Notes: generated by a model from the letters alone, not told the origin. Positions 9,549-19,466 are shown, counted from the first letter of the stretch. The stretch: DNA of 64,000 bases from Candidatus Rifleibacteriota bacterium (GCA_015232575.1 JADFZL010000004.1:14381-78380), one strand, 5' to 3'. Numbers and translations: made by a program.

Positions 9549-12527
9549 ATGTTTACTGATAAGCTTAGTCTTGAAAATCTTTCATTTCCTTCTGAAAAAA
9601 TTGCTATTACATGGCATTCTGGAGAAGGTGTCTGGAAAGACATTACTTATGGTGAATTCCGAACTCAGGTTGACAAGATGTCTGCTTTGCTTCGTGAAAA
9701 AGGCATTGGTCGGAAAAATTCAGTAATATTCCTTGGTGAGAACCATCCTTTCTGGCTCCAGGCTTTTTTTGCACATATTAAGAATTCATCTGTCGTTATT
9801 CCGGTAGATGGTTCTGTTACCGACGAGAGACTGCTTGATATAGTAGCTCTTTCCGGAGCATCTGGAATTTTTGCAAGCCCGCTGCAACAGGCAAGACTCG
9901 AAAAAATCTGGAACAGGTTTCCGGAAAAATTTGCTATTTTCAGAAATGAACTGGAACCATGGCTTGAAAAAAATGGAAAAGCCGTTGAGCCGGCTAGTGT
10001 GCCCGATGGAACAGCGGCGATATTTTTCACTTCAGGTACAACCGGGCAGCCCAAGGGAATAGTTCTTTCAGAAAAAGCTCTGGCTGCATCAATTGTAATA
10101 GGTACAGGACTTGGAAATATTGGTTCTTCTGATATCATGTTGACTTTACTTCCGTTTACTCACGTATACGGAATGGTCGATGCCGGATTTGTTCCGCTTG
10201 CAACTGGTGCAAGAAACATTCTGATGTCTTCCTTTAATCCGATGGAAGTTTTTCAGGTGATTTCAAAATTCAGAGTGAATTTCTTAAATGTGGTTCCAAG
10301 ACTTGCTGAAGTTATTCTTGCCGTTCTCACGCAGAGTGACAGTAAATTAGCAGGCTTGAACCTTTTTGTTGGCGGTGCATCATGTAAGCCAGATGTAATA
10401 CGAATGCTTCGAAAGCGTGGCATAAAGACTTCCTTCGGGTTTGGAATGACCGAAACCGCGGGTGGAATACTCGCCAATGAAGGAGAACCGGCTGAATCGG
10501 TCGGAATTCCTCCGGAGGACATCGAAATAAAAATCGACAACCAGAGCGATGGATTTGGTGAAATACTTATTAAATCACCAACAATGCTGACCTGCGTTCT
10601 TAACAACGAGGAAGAAACAAAAAAAATCTTTCATAATGGCTTTTTGAAAACCGGTGATCTTGGAATGATTGATTCAAACGGTTATGTTCACATTAAAGGA
10701 CGCCTGAAAGACGTAATTGTATGCGGCGGCGGAATGAATGTATATCCCGATGAGCTTGAGGCAAGGCTTGAATTGTCACCATTCGTTGAGGAATATTCCG
10801 TGACGGTTATGAAAGAGGACGGTTATGAATTTCCAATGCTTGTTGTTAAGCCGCGTGCAGCCTTTTTTAAAGATAGACCAACTCTGGACATTCAGGAATA
10901 TATTTCAGAGCAGGTAAAAAAACAGATTTCAAGATGGGCTGAATGGGAAAGATTCAGAAAGATTATGATTTCTGAGAAGCCTCTTCCAAGGTCTTTCAAC
11001 CAGAAAGTCCAGAGACACGTTCTTTCAGCAATGTTTTCCCGAGACAATGAAGAAATTGCACTTTCTGAAAATAAACAAAAAACGGCTTCAGATAACAGTT
11101 CTTTAAATAAATATTTTGAAAAAACTGTGAAATTCCTTGCGCATTTCCTTTCCAAAAAACATGAGCAAGCGTTTTTGAAAGCATCCCTTAACGATTTCCC
11201 CCAACTGGACTCTCTCGGAAAAATAGCTTTGCTTGCCGCTTTTGAAAACCGCTTCAAGATCAGAATACCTGGAATTCAGATTGAAAATGAAAGCAGTATT
11301 GAAAATACAGCGTTTCTTCTTTCTAAATATCTCGAAAACAATGCTGGAACTTCAGCCGTTGAAACAGATAAAGATGTAAACTTTCTTCCGCCGGAAAGAG
11401 ATAATTCAAAAGATGCCGTTTCGGCAAGGCTTGATTTCCTGAAAGACTTATCTGGTGATGAACTTGAAGAATTTTCGCCGCCGGTTGCTGCATCGCATCT
11501 GACCGGAAACATCGAAGGTTTTATCGGTTATGCACAGATCCCAACGGGAATTGCCGGACCATTGCTTGTAAATGGAGACCATGCGAAAGGTGAATTTTAC
11601 CTTCCTCTTTCCACGACAGAAGGCGCACTTGTTTCATCAGTTTCAAGAGGCGCAAAATTGCTTACTTCAGCCGGAGGAGTAAACGTAAAAATCATTTCTG
11701 ATGGAGTCATACGGTCTCCTATTTTTATGTTCAACTCGTTGGGTGATATGATCAAATTTAAAGAATGGTTCGAAAATTCTTTAGATAAAATTAAATCTGT
11801 GGCAGCAAGTACTACACGCCACGGACGGCTGAAGGAAGTAGAAATGCTTCCGCTTGGGACTTCGCTTGCAATTAGAATGGTGTATTACAGCGGAGATGCT
11901 TCGGGACAGAACATGTGTACTATTGCGACTCAGAAAGTACTTGACTATGTTGCAGCAGAATATAAAGGTCCAATGACCGACTTATTTCTTGAATGCAATA
12001 TTTCAGGTGACAAAAAGATTAATGCGTTTAATTTTATCCGGGGTCGCGGAAAGAAAGTCATTGCTGAGGCGCGTATTCCGGGAATACATATCGAAGATAT
12101 ACTTCACACAACACCTGAAAGAATGGTTAAAAACTGGGAAATGTCCGTTCTTGGAAGTTTCCAGGCACACTCTTTCGGAATTCAGGCACACTATTCGAAC
12201 CTGTTGACCGCATTGTATCTGGCAACCGGCCAGGATGCAGCCTGCTCAGCAGAGTCGTCAGCCGGAATAACGCATCTTTCATTGTCAGGAAGCGATCTTA
12301 AAGCAAGTGTTACTGTCCCCGGAATAATGGTAGCCACGGTTGGAGGAGGGACACGCCTTGCCACTCAGCAGGCATGTCTGAGAATACTCGGGTGCACCGG
12401 AGAAGGAAAAGCAGGAAAGCTTGCAGAAATTACAGCAGCAGGAATACTTGCAGCCGAACTTTCACTGATTGGTGCAATGGCAGCCGGCGATTTCTCCAGT
12501 GCACATGCCAAATACGGAAGAAAGTAA
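9549..12527 (+). CDS. Tri-domain fusion. An AMP-dependent synthetase (fatty-acyl-AMP-ligase-like) is followed by an acyl carrier protein domain and then a class-I HMG-CoA-reductase-like catalytic domain.
   Basis: Adenylation motifs FTSGTTGQPKG, GFGMTETAG, TGDLG and GRLKDVIVCGG. Phosphopantetheine attachment motif LDSLGKIALLAAF. HMGR motifs IGYAQIPTGIAGPLLVNGD, LPLSTTEGALVSS, GDASGQNM, ATVGGGTRLATQQACLRILG and ...AAELSLIGAMAAGDFSSAH, which carries the catalytic His. RBS GGAG lies upstream. Confidence 0.85.
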   Translation: MFTDKLSLENLSFPSEKIAITWHSGEGVWKDITYGEFRTQVDKMSALLREKGIGRKNSVIFLGENHPFWLQAFFAHIKNSSVVIPVDGSVTDERLLDIVALSGASGIFASPLQQARLEKIWNRFPEKFAIFRNELEPWLEKNGKAVEPASVPDGTAAIFFTSGTTGQPKGIVLSEKALAASIVIGTGLGNIGSSDIMLTLLPFTHVYGMVDAGFVPLATGARNILMSSFNPMEVFQVISKFRVNFLNVVPRLAEVILAVLTQSDSKLAGLNLFVGGASCKPDVIRMLRKRGIKTSFGFGMTETAGGILANEGEPAESVGIPPEDIEIKIDNQSDGFGEILIKSPTMLTCVLNNEEETKKIFHNGFLKTGDLGMIDSNGYVHIKGRLKDVIVCGGGMNVYPDELEARLELSPFVEEYSVTVMKEDGYEFPMLVVKPRAAFFKDRPTLDIQEYISEQVKKQISRWAEWERFRKIMISEKPLPRSFNQKVQRHVLSAMFSRDNEEIALSENKQKTASDNSSLNKYFEKTVKFLAHFLSKKHEQAFLKASLNDFPQLDSLGKIALLAAFENRFKIRIPGIQIENESSIENTAFLLSKYLENNAGTSAVETDKDVNFLPPERDNSKDAVSARLDFLKDLSGDELEEFSPPVAASHLTGNIEGFIGYAQIPTGIAGPLLVNGDHAKGEFYLPLSTTEGALVSSVSRGAKLLTSAGGVNVKIISDGVIRSPIFMFNSLGDMIKFKEWFENSLDKIKSVAASTTRHGRLKEVEMLPLGTSLAIRMVYYSGDASGQNMCTIATQKVLDYVAAEYKGPMTDLFLECNISGDKKINAFNFIRGRGKKVIAEARIPGIHIEDILHTTPERMVKNWEMSVLGSFQAHSFGIQAHYSNLLTALYLATGQDAACSAESSAGITHLSLSGSDLKASVTVPGIMVATVGGGTRLATQQACLRILGCTGEGKAGKLAEITAAGILAAELSLIGAMAAGDFSSAHAKYGRK

Positions 12528-12530
12528 AGT

Positions 12531-13289
12531 ATGAAAGTCATATTCGTTACCTCAAGTGTTACTTATGTGAAAGATAATTATCTTTCACTTTTCAACAAAC
12601 TCTTCACCGGACTTGAAAAACTGCCTGATGTACATCCTGTTGCACTCGGAGTCCTTCAGGTGCCAAAACCGTACCTTTTGAAAAATATTTTCGGCCTAAT
12701 TGCACTTGGCGCCCCTGACGTAGGTCTTACGCTTATGCGCAATCTGGCTTCTTCATGTGTGAATGATCCGAGAATACAGCTGGCATCTGCGCGCGGAATG
12801 AAAGTCCTCAAACCGGGAAATGTAAATTCTCCAGATTCGTTGAAGGAAATCGCAGCGCTTTCTCCTGATCTGATTGTAAATATCCGAACCAGAAACATAT
12901 ATCGCGATGAAATTCTGAAACTCCCTAAAATAGCATGTATAAACATTCACCACGGACTTCTTCCTGATCACCGCGGTACCATGTGCGATTTGTGGGCCTG
13001 GGTTGAGGGACGCCCTGTCGGATTTACAATTCACAAAATGAATGCAAAGATCGATGACGGCGAGATTCTTTACCGAAAGGAAATTCCGGTGAAGAACGTG
13101 AAATCATATATCGAAATACCATTTATCTCGAGTCAGTACGAGGCGGATGGTCTTTTAATGTGCATCGAAAAGTTTTTACAAAATAGCAACTGGAAGGGTT
13201 TTCCAAACTCAAAATCAGGAGTTCCGCATACCAGAAATCCGTCTTTTTCAAAAATTAGTGAATGGCGAAAGATGGGACTGAAACTGTAA
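12531..13289 (+). CDS. Formyltransferase-family protein (Fmt/PurN/ArnA N-terminal fold)
   Basis: INIHHGLLPDHRG (catalytic N..H) and KIDDGEIL (catalytic D). The start lies 4 bp after the stop of the preceding gene. Confidence 0.8.
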   Translation: MKVIFVTSSVTYVKDNYLSLFNKLFTGLEKLPDVHPVALGVLQVPKPYLLKNIFGLIALGAPDVGLTLMRNLASSCVNDPRIQLASARGMKVLKPGNVNSPDSLKEIAALSPDLIVNIRTRNIYRDEILKLPKIACINIHHGLLPDHRGTMCDLWAWVEGRPVGFTIHKMNAKIDDGEILYRKEIPVKNVKSYIEIPFISSQYEADGLLMCIEKFLQNSNWKGFPNSKSGVPHTRNPSFSKISEWRKMGLKL

Positions 13290-13304
13290 TTATAGGAGAA
13301 AAAA

Positions 13305-14156
13305 ATGACTGTACCTAAAGTAAAAACCAGCGATCTTAAGCTTGGAAATATACGTGTGGAATATCTTGATATTGGCGAAGGCAAACCTGTTTTTTTCCTT
13401 CACGGTAATCCCGGAATGAAGGAAGAATGGGAAGCTCTTTCTGTTGCTTTGGCTCAGGAAGGTTTCAGAAGCGTAGTTCCAGATAGAATCGGGCATGGAA
13501 AATCAGATCCGATCCTTTTCAGCACTGATGATCCGGAGAGAACAACAGATATTTACCATGAATTGATAAAGAAAACCTGTTCCGGACAGGCATATCTCGT
13601 TGGATACTCTTTTGGCTGCTTTCTGGCACTCCGAATTGCAGAAAAATATCCCAAGGCAGTTTCAGGGCTGGGGCTCATAGCCCCATTCATTTTTCCAAGA
13701 GATCTGCAGGAAAAACCATCTTCCATGCCCAAACTGGCAAAAATTCCAGTAATTGGTGATCTTTTAGGATTGCTTGTACCATTTCTGGCAAAAGGAAAAA
13801 TGAAAGAACACATTGAACGCGTCTTCCAGCCACAAAAGCCTGGAGAAGATATAATGAGGAAGTCGCTTGAGCAATATTCAACATTCAAGTCCGTCATCGC
13901 CGCGATGAACGATAAAAACGAAATGATTGCTGCAAACCAGGAATTGATTGCACAGCTTCCATCAATAAAAAAGCGTGTAATAGTTATCGGTGGCAGCAAT
14001 GATGCAGTATGTGGGTCAGATGAACACATAAACCGAATTGCAGAATCAATAAGCGGTGCTGAAAAACGAATCATTCAAAACGGCGGACATGGAATAATCT
14101 TTTCTCATGTACGAGAAATATCTGAAATGATTGCATCTCACATAAAAAAGGACTGA
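13305..14156 (+). CDS. Alpha/beta-hydrolase fold protein
   Basis: HGNPG oxyanion-region motif. Nucleophile elbow GYSFG. Length of about 280 aa. It is the last gene of the operon. Confidence 0.8.
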   Translation: MTVPKVKTSDLKLGNIRVEYLDIGEGKPVFFLHGNPGMKEEWEALSVALAQEGFRSVVPDRIGHGKSDPILFSTDDPERTTDIYHELIKKTCSGQAYLVGYSFGCFLALRIAEKYPKAVSGLGLIAPFIFPRDLQEKPSSMPKLAKIPVIGDLLGLLVPFLAKGKMKEHIERVFQPQKPGEDIMRKSLEQYSTFKSVIAAMNDKNEMIAANQELIAQLPSIKKRVIVIGGSNDAVCGSDEHINRIAESISGAEKRIIQNGGHGIIFSHVREISEMIASHIKKD

Positions 14157-14248
14157 ATATCTGATATTGATACTGCGATTTTTATCCCCTGCCAGGTTTT
14201 TCAGTATTACAGACATGCGAATCGATAAGAATTAATGTTGTTTCGTTA

Positions 14249-14310
14249 TAATAAAAATACCTGCCCCCTTTCTCTGGCTTTATGCTGGAAGAGGGGGCAG
14301 GTATTTTTAT
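14249..14310. terminator. Bidirectional rho-independent terminator between convergent genes
   Basis: A-run, a GC stem acctgcccccttt / aagagggggcaggt, then a T-run tattttta. Read on the minus strand it is again a hairpin followed by a T-run. Confidence 0.65.
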
Positions 14311-14338
14311 TGATCAATGATTTGTTTGCTGGAGGCTT

Positions 14339-15631
14339 TTAATTCGAAACTATGAGGTCTAACAGAGAAATATAGCGCGATGCGATCCAGGAACTTTCCT
14401 GGATTGATTGAAATTCAAGGATTGGTCTTATTGTTAGAAGAATTTCGCGCCATTTTCTTTGTTCTTCAACTGGCTTGATTCTGAGAAACTGCAGAAGTTT
14501 GTGAATAGTTCTGTATTCATCCTTCTTTGTTTCTTTTGCTATGTTTTCACGCAGCCAGTACAATAGATCTTCATAGTAAACACTGCCTTCTTTGAGGCAT
14601 CTGTTGATTCTTTTGAATTTTATTATTACGTATTTTGAATGCAGGTATTTTAAACCAACATTTACGCTGATTGCCGCTGTCCTTGATACAATAACACCAA
14701 GCAACGCACCCATTGCCACATTTCCAATTACTGGAATTGGCAATGTTGCCATTGCAACAGATGAAATAACTGCGCCCTGGGTGGCCGAGGTTACAATAAA
14801 GCAGGCAAAACTTATTCCCAGCTTTATCGAAAAGTCTAATACCTCATCAATGGAAATATTTCCTAAGAGTCTTTCTCTGCTTATAGTACCTGTTTCAATT
14901 ATTTCGTCCACAGAGCTGGATGTTGCTTTGCCGGTAACCAGTTTGATGCATTTTGGAAAAAGTTTTTTTATCAAATTCTGAATCGGTTGCAGCTGAATAG
15001 ACTGTAAAAACATGTCAGCAGAATAATAAGTCAGTGCACTTATGCTGAGGTTTATGCCGGCAAGGCTTGCGGTCTTAATAGCCTCGCCAATGTCCACTTC
15101 AAGGTTGAGTTTAAAATTCAGTCTGCTGGATTTACTGTCAACTGGTTCAAGCGAAGGAGAATACTTTACGAAACCGCGAAAGTCCTTTCTTGGCGGCAGG
15201 GGAAAATCCTGTGAAAGATATTTTTCAGCTTTTTTGGAAAGTCCTTTTCCTGAAAAAACCTTGTACCCAACTATAACAAAATCCATTTTTTTATAGCCGG
15301 GTCTGAAAGACGATGAAGCAACAAAAGCATGAAAATTGCCCATGGAAGACATACTCAAAGTCTGGGCAACTTTTTTGATGGTCAATTCTATTATCAGACC
15401 TGTTTTGTGCAGAACGGTTTTAATCTTTGAAGAAGAATAATCAAGCTCAATCGGAGTAATATCGTCATTTGCTATTGCGGATTCTTCTTCGGTAAGCGCT
15501 TCATTAAAGTCAATTGTCTGCGCTGAAATAATAGAAGCATGGGAAAACATTGTACAGACAAAAAGGATGACAATGAAGAAAAATCTGCCACTTATGCGAA
15601 TATTCCGGTTTACAATTTCACTTGTTTTCAT
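14339..15631 (-). CDS. Hypothetical secreted or membrane protein with a glycine-zipper-like hydrophobic segment
   Basis: N-terminal hydrophobic signal. Segment ISFACFIVTSATQGAVISSVAMATLPIPVIGNVAMGALLGVIVS. Confidence 0.55.
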   Translation of the reverse strand: MKTSEIVNRNIRISGRFFFIVILFVCTMFSHASIISAQTIDFNEALTEEESAIANDDITPIELDYSSSKIKTVLHKTGLIIELTIKKVAQTLSMSSMGNFHAFVASSSFRPGYKKMDFVIVGYKVFSGKGLSKKAEKYLSQDFPLPPRKDFRGFVKYSPSLEPVDSKSSRLNFKLNLEVDIGEAIKTASLAGINLSISALTYYSADMFLQSIQLQPIQNLIKKLFPKCIKLVTGKATSSSVDEIIETGTISRERLLGNISIDEVLDFSIKLGISFACFIVTSATQGAVISSVAMATLPIPVIGNVAMGALLGVIVSRTAAISVNVGLKYLHSKYVIIKFKRINRCLKEGSVYYEDLLYWLRENIAKETKKDEYRTIHKLLQFLRIKPVEEQRKWREILLTIRPILEFQSIQESSWIASRYISLLDLIVSN

Positions 15632-15674
15632 GAATGTTTTTCCTTATACGGGGCACATTCCAGTTATGAAAATT

Positions 15675-15709
15675 ATTGCTGATCTGTCGATTTAAGGCAG
15701 ATCAGCAAT
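15675..15709 (-). terminator. Intergenic 12-bp perfect inverted repeat (attgctgatctg...cagatcagcaat) between two co-directional minus-strand genes. It could be a terminator or an attenuator hairpin.
   Basis: Seen directly in the sequence. Only a weak T-run follows on the minus strand. Confidence 0.35.
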
Positions 15710-15718
15710 ATTGAAATA

Positions 15719-17329
15719 TTACTTCGATTCGGTTGTTTTTGCCTGGTTTTTCAGAGTATTGTAATTATCAGTAGCTTTCTGCAAATCTGCCTGCATTTTC
15801 TTTGCACCTGCCTGGTCGCCCTGTTCAACAAGTCTGTTGTAATTAAGATAAGTTTCATAATACTTTCGTTCTGCATCCCGTAAAGTGCCTATAACCGGCG
15901 TTGTTCCGCGAGGGATGTCAGTTGATACCGGCGTCATTCCACCCTGCCAGGTTCCCGGACCATAAATTCCAAGGTTTTGTCCCTGACCAATGCTTATTGC
16001 CTGAGGATTTTCGTTGATAAAACTGTTTCCGGTTCCAACCATCGAACCTCTGTGAAATACAACATCAGATATCCATTTTGCAACTTTTCCACCGATGATA
16101 CCGCCAACGATACCTCCGATGATCGGCCCAAGTATTGGAATTGGTGCGCCAATTGCCATACCTATCGTCGAACCGATTGAAGAACCTGCCAGATCAATAT
16201 AGTCAACCGATTTGATTGCTTTTACAAGGTCAAATCTGTTTCCCTTTGCGTCAGCACCAAGCGAAGCTCCGATTTGTGAACCACCCATACTTGTAAATAC
16301 CGGAATAAATGCACCAACCATGGCTCCGATGGGTCCCGGGATGAAAGTCTTAACAACACTTGACACAACCTGACCACCTGCTGCGCCCAGAGCACCACCA
16401 ACGACTGAACCGGCGAATTCAATTGTTGCTACCTGTCTTGCTGCCTGCTGCAAAGATGGACGCTGTCCATTGATCATCTGCAGAGCCAGGTTTGTTCCAA
16501 CTGCAACAGTTGTAGTAACTGCAAGATTTGAAAGTGAAAAACTATTTTTTAACGATTGTCCTGCGTTTGCTACACCTTCATCAAGGCCCTTGCTGAGTTT
16601 TCCGCTGAAATTATCAGCATATTGAGGCGTTTCTGCCTCCATCATCATGTAGCCTTCAGTGTCTTTCTTTACCTGTTTGCCTTTTGAAAGGCTGGAGTTG
16701 CTGTCGTCTTTCTTCATTAACCCGACTTTTTGAGCAACTGAAGCAATCTTTGCACGAATAACACTGATAATGCGCTGAAGAGTAGATTTAATAGCATCAA
16801 TAATTGATTTAAGTTTCGATACTGCAACATTGCCGGCGCCATCCATGGGCATTTTGCCTGATTCAATTCCAAGTTTATTCAGACCAAGTCCGAGTTCTCC
16901 CTCGAAAGTCATATCAGGGGTAACGCCATTTGCGGCATTCCATTGACCGACCTGAGATTTGTAATTCTGTACACCACCATCAAGAGTGCTTTTTGCATTT
17001 CCCAGAATTGCTTTAATTCTCTGGCTTATGTTCATTGTATCCATATTTGATGGAGCAACTTGATTGTACAAAGGACGCGCTACGTCGTCAATCTGTGCCA
17101 GAGCTCTTTCAATGGATGTAAGATTGTGTGATAAAGTATTAACGTGTGGAAGCGACGACAGATCAATCTGGCTTCCTGCTTGAGATTGAGTTTGAAATTT
17201 CGACGAAACGCTGTATGCATCCTGTGCATGAACAGCAAACGTTGAAATGACAAACATGATCAGAGTCAGAATTGTTATTTTTTTTGAAATATTTCTGCTA
17301 AACATTTTCCCTACCCCCGTACAATTCAT
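15719..17329 (-). CDS. Hypothetical secreted protein. The N-terminal half is coiled-coil-like. The C-terminal segment is Gly/Ala/Ile-rich and resembles a glycine zipper.
   Basis: Signal peptide ILTLIMFVISTFAVHAQ. Gly-rich segments GSVVGGALGAAGGQ and IPILGPIIGGIVGGIIGG. Confidence 0.6.
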   Translation of the reverse strand: MNCTGVGKMFSRNISKKITILTLIMFVISTFAVHAQDAYSVSSKFQTQSQAGSQIDLSSLPHVNTLSHNLTSIERALAQIDDVARPLYNQVAPSNMDTMNISQRIKAILGNAKSTLDGGVQNYKSQVGQWNAANGVTPDMTFEGELGLGLNKLGIESGKMPMDGAGNVAVSKLKSIIDAIKSTLQRIISVIRAKIASVAQKVGLMKKDDSNSSLSKGKQVKKDTEGYMMMEAETPQYADNFSGKLSKGLDEGVANAGQSLKNSFSLSNLAVTTTVAVGTNLALQMINGQRPSLQQAARQVATIEFAGSVVGGALGAAGGQVVSSVVKTFIPGPIGAMVGAFIPVFTSMGGSQIGASLGADAKGNRFDLVKAIKSVDYIDLAGSSIGSTIGMAIGAPIPILGPIIGGIVGGIIGGKVAKWISDVVFHRGSMVGTGNSFINENPQAISIGQGQNLGIYGPGTWQGGMTPVSTDIPRGTTPVIGTLRDAERKYYETYLNYNRLVEQGDQAGAKKMQADLQKATDNYNTLKNQAKTTESK

Positions 17330-17543
17330 CTTTTCCCAAAACTTAGCTTGTATGAAGCAACCCTATACTTTTCAATTATATGAGTTGAAACGAAACTCGT
17401 CAATTGATTTGTTTATATTTCTTCACTTTTAAAATAATCCTGAACCATAAGAATATTTCTCATTGAAAAAACTGGTCAGTTGTATTAATGTTAATGGTTT
17501 TCAAAATTCTGTTATAGATAACAAATAATTCAAGGAGACATGT

Positions 17544-19433
17544 ATGAAAAAACGACTTGTGTATTTTTTCCAGATCATGCTTGCATTAAACGTGCTTGCA
17601 ACGACTGACCTGGAGGCTGCGGAACGTTCAGAAGTACCGGAGAAATACAAGTGGAACACTGCCGATCTTTTTCCGACCGAAGAAGCATGGAGCAACAAGG
17701 CAAAAGACATTGCAGCGCGTATTCCCAAATTGGCCGATTTTCAGGGGAAACTTGGCACCGACGCTGCCGGATTCTTTGCAGCTCTGGATACAATAATGGC
17801 TCTGGATAATGAACTTTCCCGGCTGATGACCTATGCCAGCATGAGAAGCGATGAAGATACGCGCGCCGGAAAACCCCGTGAAATGGAACAGACCGCAAAA
17901 GATCTGGCCGTAAAGTTTACTTCGACTACTTCCTTCATGCGCCCTGAAATTATCGCTCTTGGTGAAGCTAAAGTCATGGGGTTTGTAAATGAGGAAAAGA
18001 AACTTCTACCTTATAAACCCTGGCTTGAAGACATTCTGCGCTATATTCCACATACACTTTCTGTTGCAGAAGAAAAAATTGCTGCCCAGGCTCTCATGAT
18101 GGCTGATGCTTCAGAGAATGCATACAGCATTTTTACGAATGCCGATCTGCCTTACCCGGAAGTTACACTTTCTGACGGCACCAAAGTTCGCATTGATGCT
18201 TCGGCTTATGGAAATTACCGTGCTTCTCCAAATCGCGAAGACAGAATAAAAGTGTTCCAGACGTTCTGGACAGAGTACAAGAAGTTTGAACGAACCCTTG
18301 GCACAACACTTTATGGCCAGATCAAAGCGCATATTTTCAACAAAGAAATCCGCAAATATAACAGTTGTCTCGAAGCTGCACTTTTTGATTCGAATGTTTC
18401 GCAGACTGTTTACAAACAGTTAATCGCCGATGTTCATGCAAATCTTCCAACTCTGCACAGATATCTTAAACTTCGCAAGAAAATGATGGGCCTGGAAAAG
18501 CTTGGATACGAAGATCTTTATGCACCTATCGTGAAGGAAGTGGATTTGAAATACACTCCTGAAGAATCAATAAAACTGGTCATGGAAGCATGTGCTCCTC
18601 TTGGAAAGGATTACCTCACCGACCTGCAGATGAGTTTTGATAAGCGCTGGGTAGATTTTCTTCCAACAACTGGAAAAAAATCAGGCGCCTACAGTACTGG
18701 AGTTTATGGTGTACATCCTTACCAGCTTCAGAACTTCACAGGACAATATGACGAAGTTTCCACCGTGGCACACGAGTCAGGTCACTCTATGCATACCTAT
18801 CTTTCTGATAAGAACCAGCCCTACGTGACCCATGACTACAAAATCTTCGTGGCTGAAGTAGCATCGACACTGAATGAAAATTTCCTTCTGGATTACATGC
18901 TTAAAAATACCAAGAACAATGATGTCAAGCTCTTCCTGCTTGGCTCTTACCTTGACAGACTTCGCACCACACTTTTCAGACAGACTTTGTTTGCTGAATT
19001 TGAAATGTTGATCCATGAAATCGCTGAAAAGGGCGACCCTTTGACCGGTGAAAAACTTACAGAACTCTATCTGAGTCTGCTTAAGAAATACTACGGCCAT
19101 GAAGCCGGCGAATGCAATATTGACGATCTTTATGGAATTGAGTGGGCGTTTATTCCTCACTTCTATTACAATTTCTATGTCTACCAATATGCCACCAGCA
19201 TTACAGCTTCATCACTCATCGCCGACAAAATTCGCGCCGAAGCTCCGGCAGTAACTGCTCGTGATTCTTATCTGAAGATGCTTTCTTCCGGTTGTTCTAA
19301 ATATCCGATTGATCTTCTGAAAGACGCTGGCGTCGATATGACAACTTCAGCTCCGTTCAACGCTGCAATGAAGCAAATGAACACTATCATGGACGAAATG
19401 GAAAAAATTCTGGCCGAAAACACCAAAAAGTAA
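17544..19433 (+). CDS. pepF: Oligoendopeptidase F (M3B family), with a signal peptide and therefore probably secreted
   Basis: HESGHSMH zinc motif. Length of about 630 aa. RBS AAGGAG upstream. N-terminal signal peptide. Confidence 0.85.
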   Translation: MKKRLVYFFQIMLALNVLATTDLEAAERSEVPEKYKWNTADLFPTEEAWSNKAKDIAARIPKLADFQGKLGTDAAGFFAALDTIMALDNELSRLMTYASMRSDEDTRAGKPREMEQTAKDLAVKFTSTTSFMRPEIIALGEAKVMGFVNEEKKLLPYKPWLEDILRYIPHTLSVAEEKIAAQALMMADASENAYSIFTNADLPYPEVTLSDGTKVRIDASAYGNYRASPNREDRIKVFQTFWTEYKKFERTLGTTLYGQIKAHIFNKEIRKYNSCLEAALFDSNVSQTVYKQLIADVHANLPTLHRYLKLRKKMMGLEKLGYEDLYAPIVKEVDLKYTPEESIKLVMEACAPLGKDYLTDLQMSFDKRWVDFLPTTGKKSGAYSTGVYGVHPYQLQNFTGQYDEVSTVAHESGHSMHTYLSDKNQPYVTHDYKIFVAEVASTLNENFLLDYMLKNTKNNDVKLFLLGSYLDRLRTTLFRQTLFAEFEMLIHEIAEKGDPLTGEKLTELYLSLLKKYYGHEAGECNIDDLYGIEWAFIPHFYYNFYVYQYATSITASSLIADKIRAEAPAVTARDSYLKMLSSGCSKYPIDLLKDAGVDMTTSAPFNAAMKQMNTIMDEMEKILAENTKK

Positions 19434-19466
19434 AAGAATCTTTTTTGTAATATCAAAAAGTCTGTA

